A DNA stretch of 64,000 bases from positions 117,986,001 to 118,050,000 of the forward strand of contig NC_135881.1 of NCBI RefSeq assembly GCF_964194155.1. Direction: 5' to 3'. The position numbers were made by a program, and so were the translations under genes. Source of the DNA: Cetorhinus maximus (lineage: Eukaryota). Shown here piece after piece: positions 61,362-64,000 of the stretch (the first letter of the stretch is position 1; each line of letters opens with the position of its first letter). The notes under the pieces are model-generated. The model did not search any database. It saw only the letters and a list, made by a program, of their open reading frames with translations, and was not told the DNA's origin.

Positions 61362-62720
61362 AGGCCCAAATTTTTGCAAAGCTGGCAGGGCTGCCCACCT
61401 TAACCAAAATGGCGCCAGAGCCCAGAATGTGGAAGTCCCACCCTCCTGAATCCTGCACCCACCATTTTTGCCGGGGGTAGGGGGAGGGGGGGGAGGGGCG
61501 CAGGTGGGAATGAGGGCGGGACATATTTCACACATCCGCTCTTTACAGAGACAGCAGCACATTTAAAACTGCAACTGCCTTCAAATAAAAGCAGTTTTGG
61601 TTAGCCAGGTTTGTGGGCTTTACACATTTGAATGAAATGTCTAAACCTACTGGAGTTTTTTGGAGAGATCAAGTACCCCTTTGGGATCATTAAGAGTAGT
61701 CATGAAGGTGCATTAAAAAGTGGAGAATATCTGTTGAACTGTCATGCTGTCATCATTTAAATCCCCTGCCCTTTAAATTTTGAAAAAAAGAGTCAGCTTA
61801 CAGTTTAAAAAAATTGGTGCTTGCAATTTCAATAGGTGTTTGGTGACATAAGCGAGAGTGTTATCATTATAACAATATTTCTGCTTGACTGCTTCCATAA
61901 CCTATCATCATCACAGTGGGGAGCCTGTAAGTTCATAGTTTGATTGTCAGCCCCAAGCGGCTATAAAGAGACTAGCTGTCTTTGATGTGAGGCTATGGAT
62001 ACAATTGTTTGTGCTTATAAGGGATTAAGTACTTGAAGAGATTTAAATGTATGAATGGGCTTTTATCAATCAGAGTTTTTTTAATACAGTGATGCCTGTA
62101 ATAGGTACTTCAAACTTTATTTTATTTCATCTCACCATGGATCCTGAAACCTGCCCATGGTAGCTACTTGGCGAGTTGGCATGGAGGGTATAAGGGCAAA
62201 GAGTGATAGGTGGGGTCTTGGGTTGGCATGAGTTGGCACTAAGTTGACATAGGGGCTATAAAGGGCCATGGGGATGAATAGGAGTTCATGGATTGGCATG
62301 GAGGATATGAGGGGCAATGTGGGGTGGTTATATTGGCGTAGGTTGGTATGGAAGGTATGACAGAGCGGGGCGGGTAGAGGGGCATAGGTTGGCATGGATG
62401 GGGCATGGGGAGTGTGTGTGGAAGAGGTGAGTGGGTGTGAGGGGTGAGGGCTAGAGGGTTTTTTTTTGTTGTATTCTTATTATTACAACAGGGGCGAAAA
62501 TCCCAGAGCACCAAGGTGGGCCTTTTAAACAGCCCGCCTCGGCACTCGGCAACCCCTGTAGCCACCTCTGCACTGTTTCTGGGGGCTGCAGGCCCAACTC
62601 TAGTTAGCACCTGCTCCACTGGAAAAAAAATCCGGTGGGTCAGGACACTTTCTCCTGAGGCAGGTTTGCTAAGTTAGGAAATTTCCCGACTGTAACCGAC
62701 TGAGGAGCGAAAATTCTGGC
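61362..62720. mobile_element. Non-autonomous Harbinger-type element
   Basis: Termini GGCCCAAATTTTTGC / GCGAAAATTCTGGC; GGTTGGCATG repeats also seen at 25540-25670 and, inverted, at 54740-54910. Confidence 0.6.
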
Positions 62721-62779
62721 ATCAGTATGGGGTAAGTTTGGGTAAAATTGCAGTTTACCTTGGATGGAACTCAAGACTG

Positions 62780-63200
62780 GTAAGAAAAACATTGGAGATG
62801 TCAAGCCTGGAGATGGCAAAAGAATGGATGAGAGCTCAACAGTGATGAGGATGAAGAACAGATATGGCTAGTGTTGCAGAGGTGAAAGTGGACAGTTATA
62901 GTAATGAATAGGATATTCGGCTTGAAACCTAGCTCAACTGAGAGTAATGTAGCACACCAGGGCTGCATACCATTTGAGGAGGGATGTGGGGGACTTTTGA
63001 GCTAGAATGCAGAGTTTTTGACTGGGATGGTCCTGATCCTACTGATTTTACGTTGGAGAAAGTTCTTGCTCACCTATGAATTGATATCCACTGGAGGTGG
63101 ATTTCATCAACTTACATATAAAAGTTGGTCCTATTCTACGGGATGATTTTGCCAAAGCACAGGATGTAGATGATGAAAACAAGGGGACAAGGGGTAGAAC
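62780..63200 (-). mobile_element. Degraded L2-like fragment
   Basis: Similar to 51450-51630 (GTGTTGCAGAGGTGAAAG...TAGCTCA...CACCAGGGCTGC). Confidence 0.45.
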
Positions 63201-64000
63201 CAGATTGTCAACCATTTTCTTCCAAGTTTAATTTTTTATTGAAAAACATTTTTCAAGATTCACCAAAGGTTAAAAAGACATGAGGCTCTGTGATCCAACT
63301 TTCTCAGTGGGGAACAGCACTCACAGGATGTACCATGCAGGAAATTGTAGGCATGCAGCTGATGATCTTGCATTCATTCATTTTAGTTGATAGATAATCA
63401 TGAGCTGTGCTCTTGTGATTTTCGAAGCAGCAGTCCTTACAAGTGCTTCTCTCCTGTTATTGGATCACAGCATCAGTCCTTGAGCGAAGAGTTGAGAAAA
63501 ACCAAGTGTTACAGCCACATGAGGAGGGGTAAAAATGACCCCCCTATTATACCACTCAAGTTTGACCGTAACAGGGTTTTTTTTGTAAATTTAGCAAGGA
63601 TGAAGGCATTTACTCAGTGTCTGTGCTTAACCATTTATGTGCTGATTGCAAAGAAACTAGCCTGGCAGTCTTTCTTGTCTTTCTCAAAAACAAAAAGGGG
63701 TTCGTTTTTATCATGTTAAAAATCAACCCAGGTAAAGATATAAAAATATTCATAAAATGTAAATCCATGCCCAACCTTTGCAACACACTCACAGACACAC
63801 ACACACAAACATGCAAAAGCTATACAGTAGGGAGTTACTTTTTGTCCTAATTAAAATTCCATGCTAAAAAGTAAAAAAAAAATGAGAGTTCACTGTTTAT
63901 GAGTCCTTGGCTGGTATCTGTGGCTGCAGCAGATTTTTTGTCATAGTATTCTTAAATGCAATTGCCGGAGACAATAGGCAGAATTGTCCATTCCCTCTGG

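Overview
Eukaryotic, repeat-dense vertebrate genomic DNA. The repeat families suggest a cartilaginous fish (shark), which is an inference. The only host gene is a class IIa histone deacetylase on the + strand, most like HDAC9. Four coding exons (13924-14061, 20240-20450, 47815-48041, 58705-58971) have GT-AG sites and consistent phases (0/0/1/0/0) and encode YTSPSLPNITLGLP, the 14-3-3 motif RTHSAP, a Q-rich stretch and the SUMO motif VKQE. The introns are mostly nested transposon debris: CR1 LINEs (one 3.7-kb copy with esterase ORF1), L2 and another non-LTR family, tRNA-derived SINEs, solo LTRs, Penelope-like elements (PLEs) and PIF/Harbinger DNA transposons. The Harbinger set comprises one complete but dead two-gene element, Myb-only derivatives and about ten MITEs. 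The most notable items are: (1) a recent 255-bp PLE-derived insertion with a 14-bp TSD that forms a 103-bp hairpin and carries a minimal hammerhead-ribozyme-like motif with an A6C core variant; (2) repeated insertion of other elements at or next to those hammerhead motifs; (3) an open read-through at the exon where the tetrapod MITR/HDRP isoform ends. Most ORFs in the track are spurious or transposon fragments. All calls were made by eye, with no database searches.
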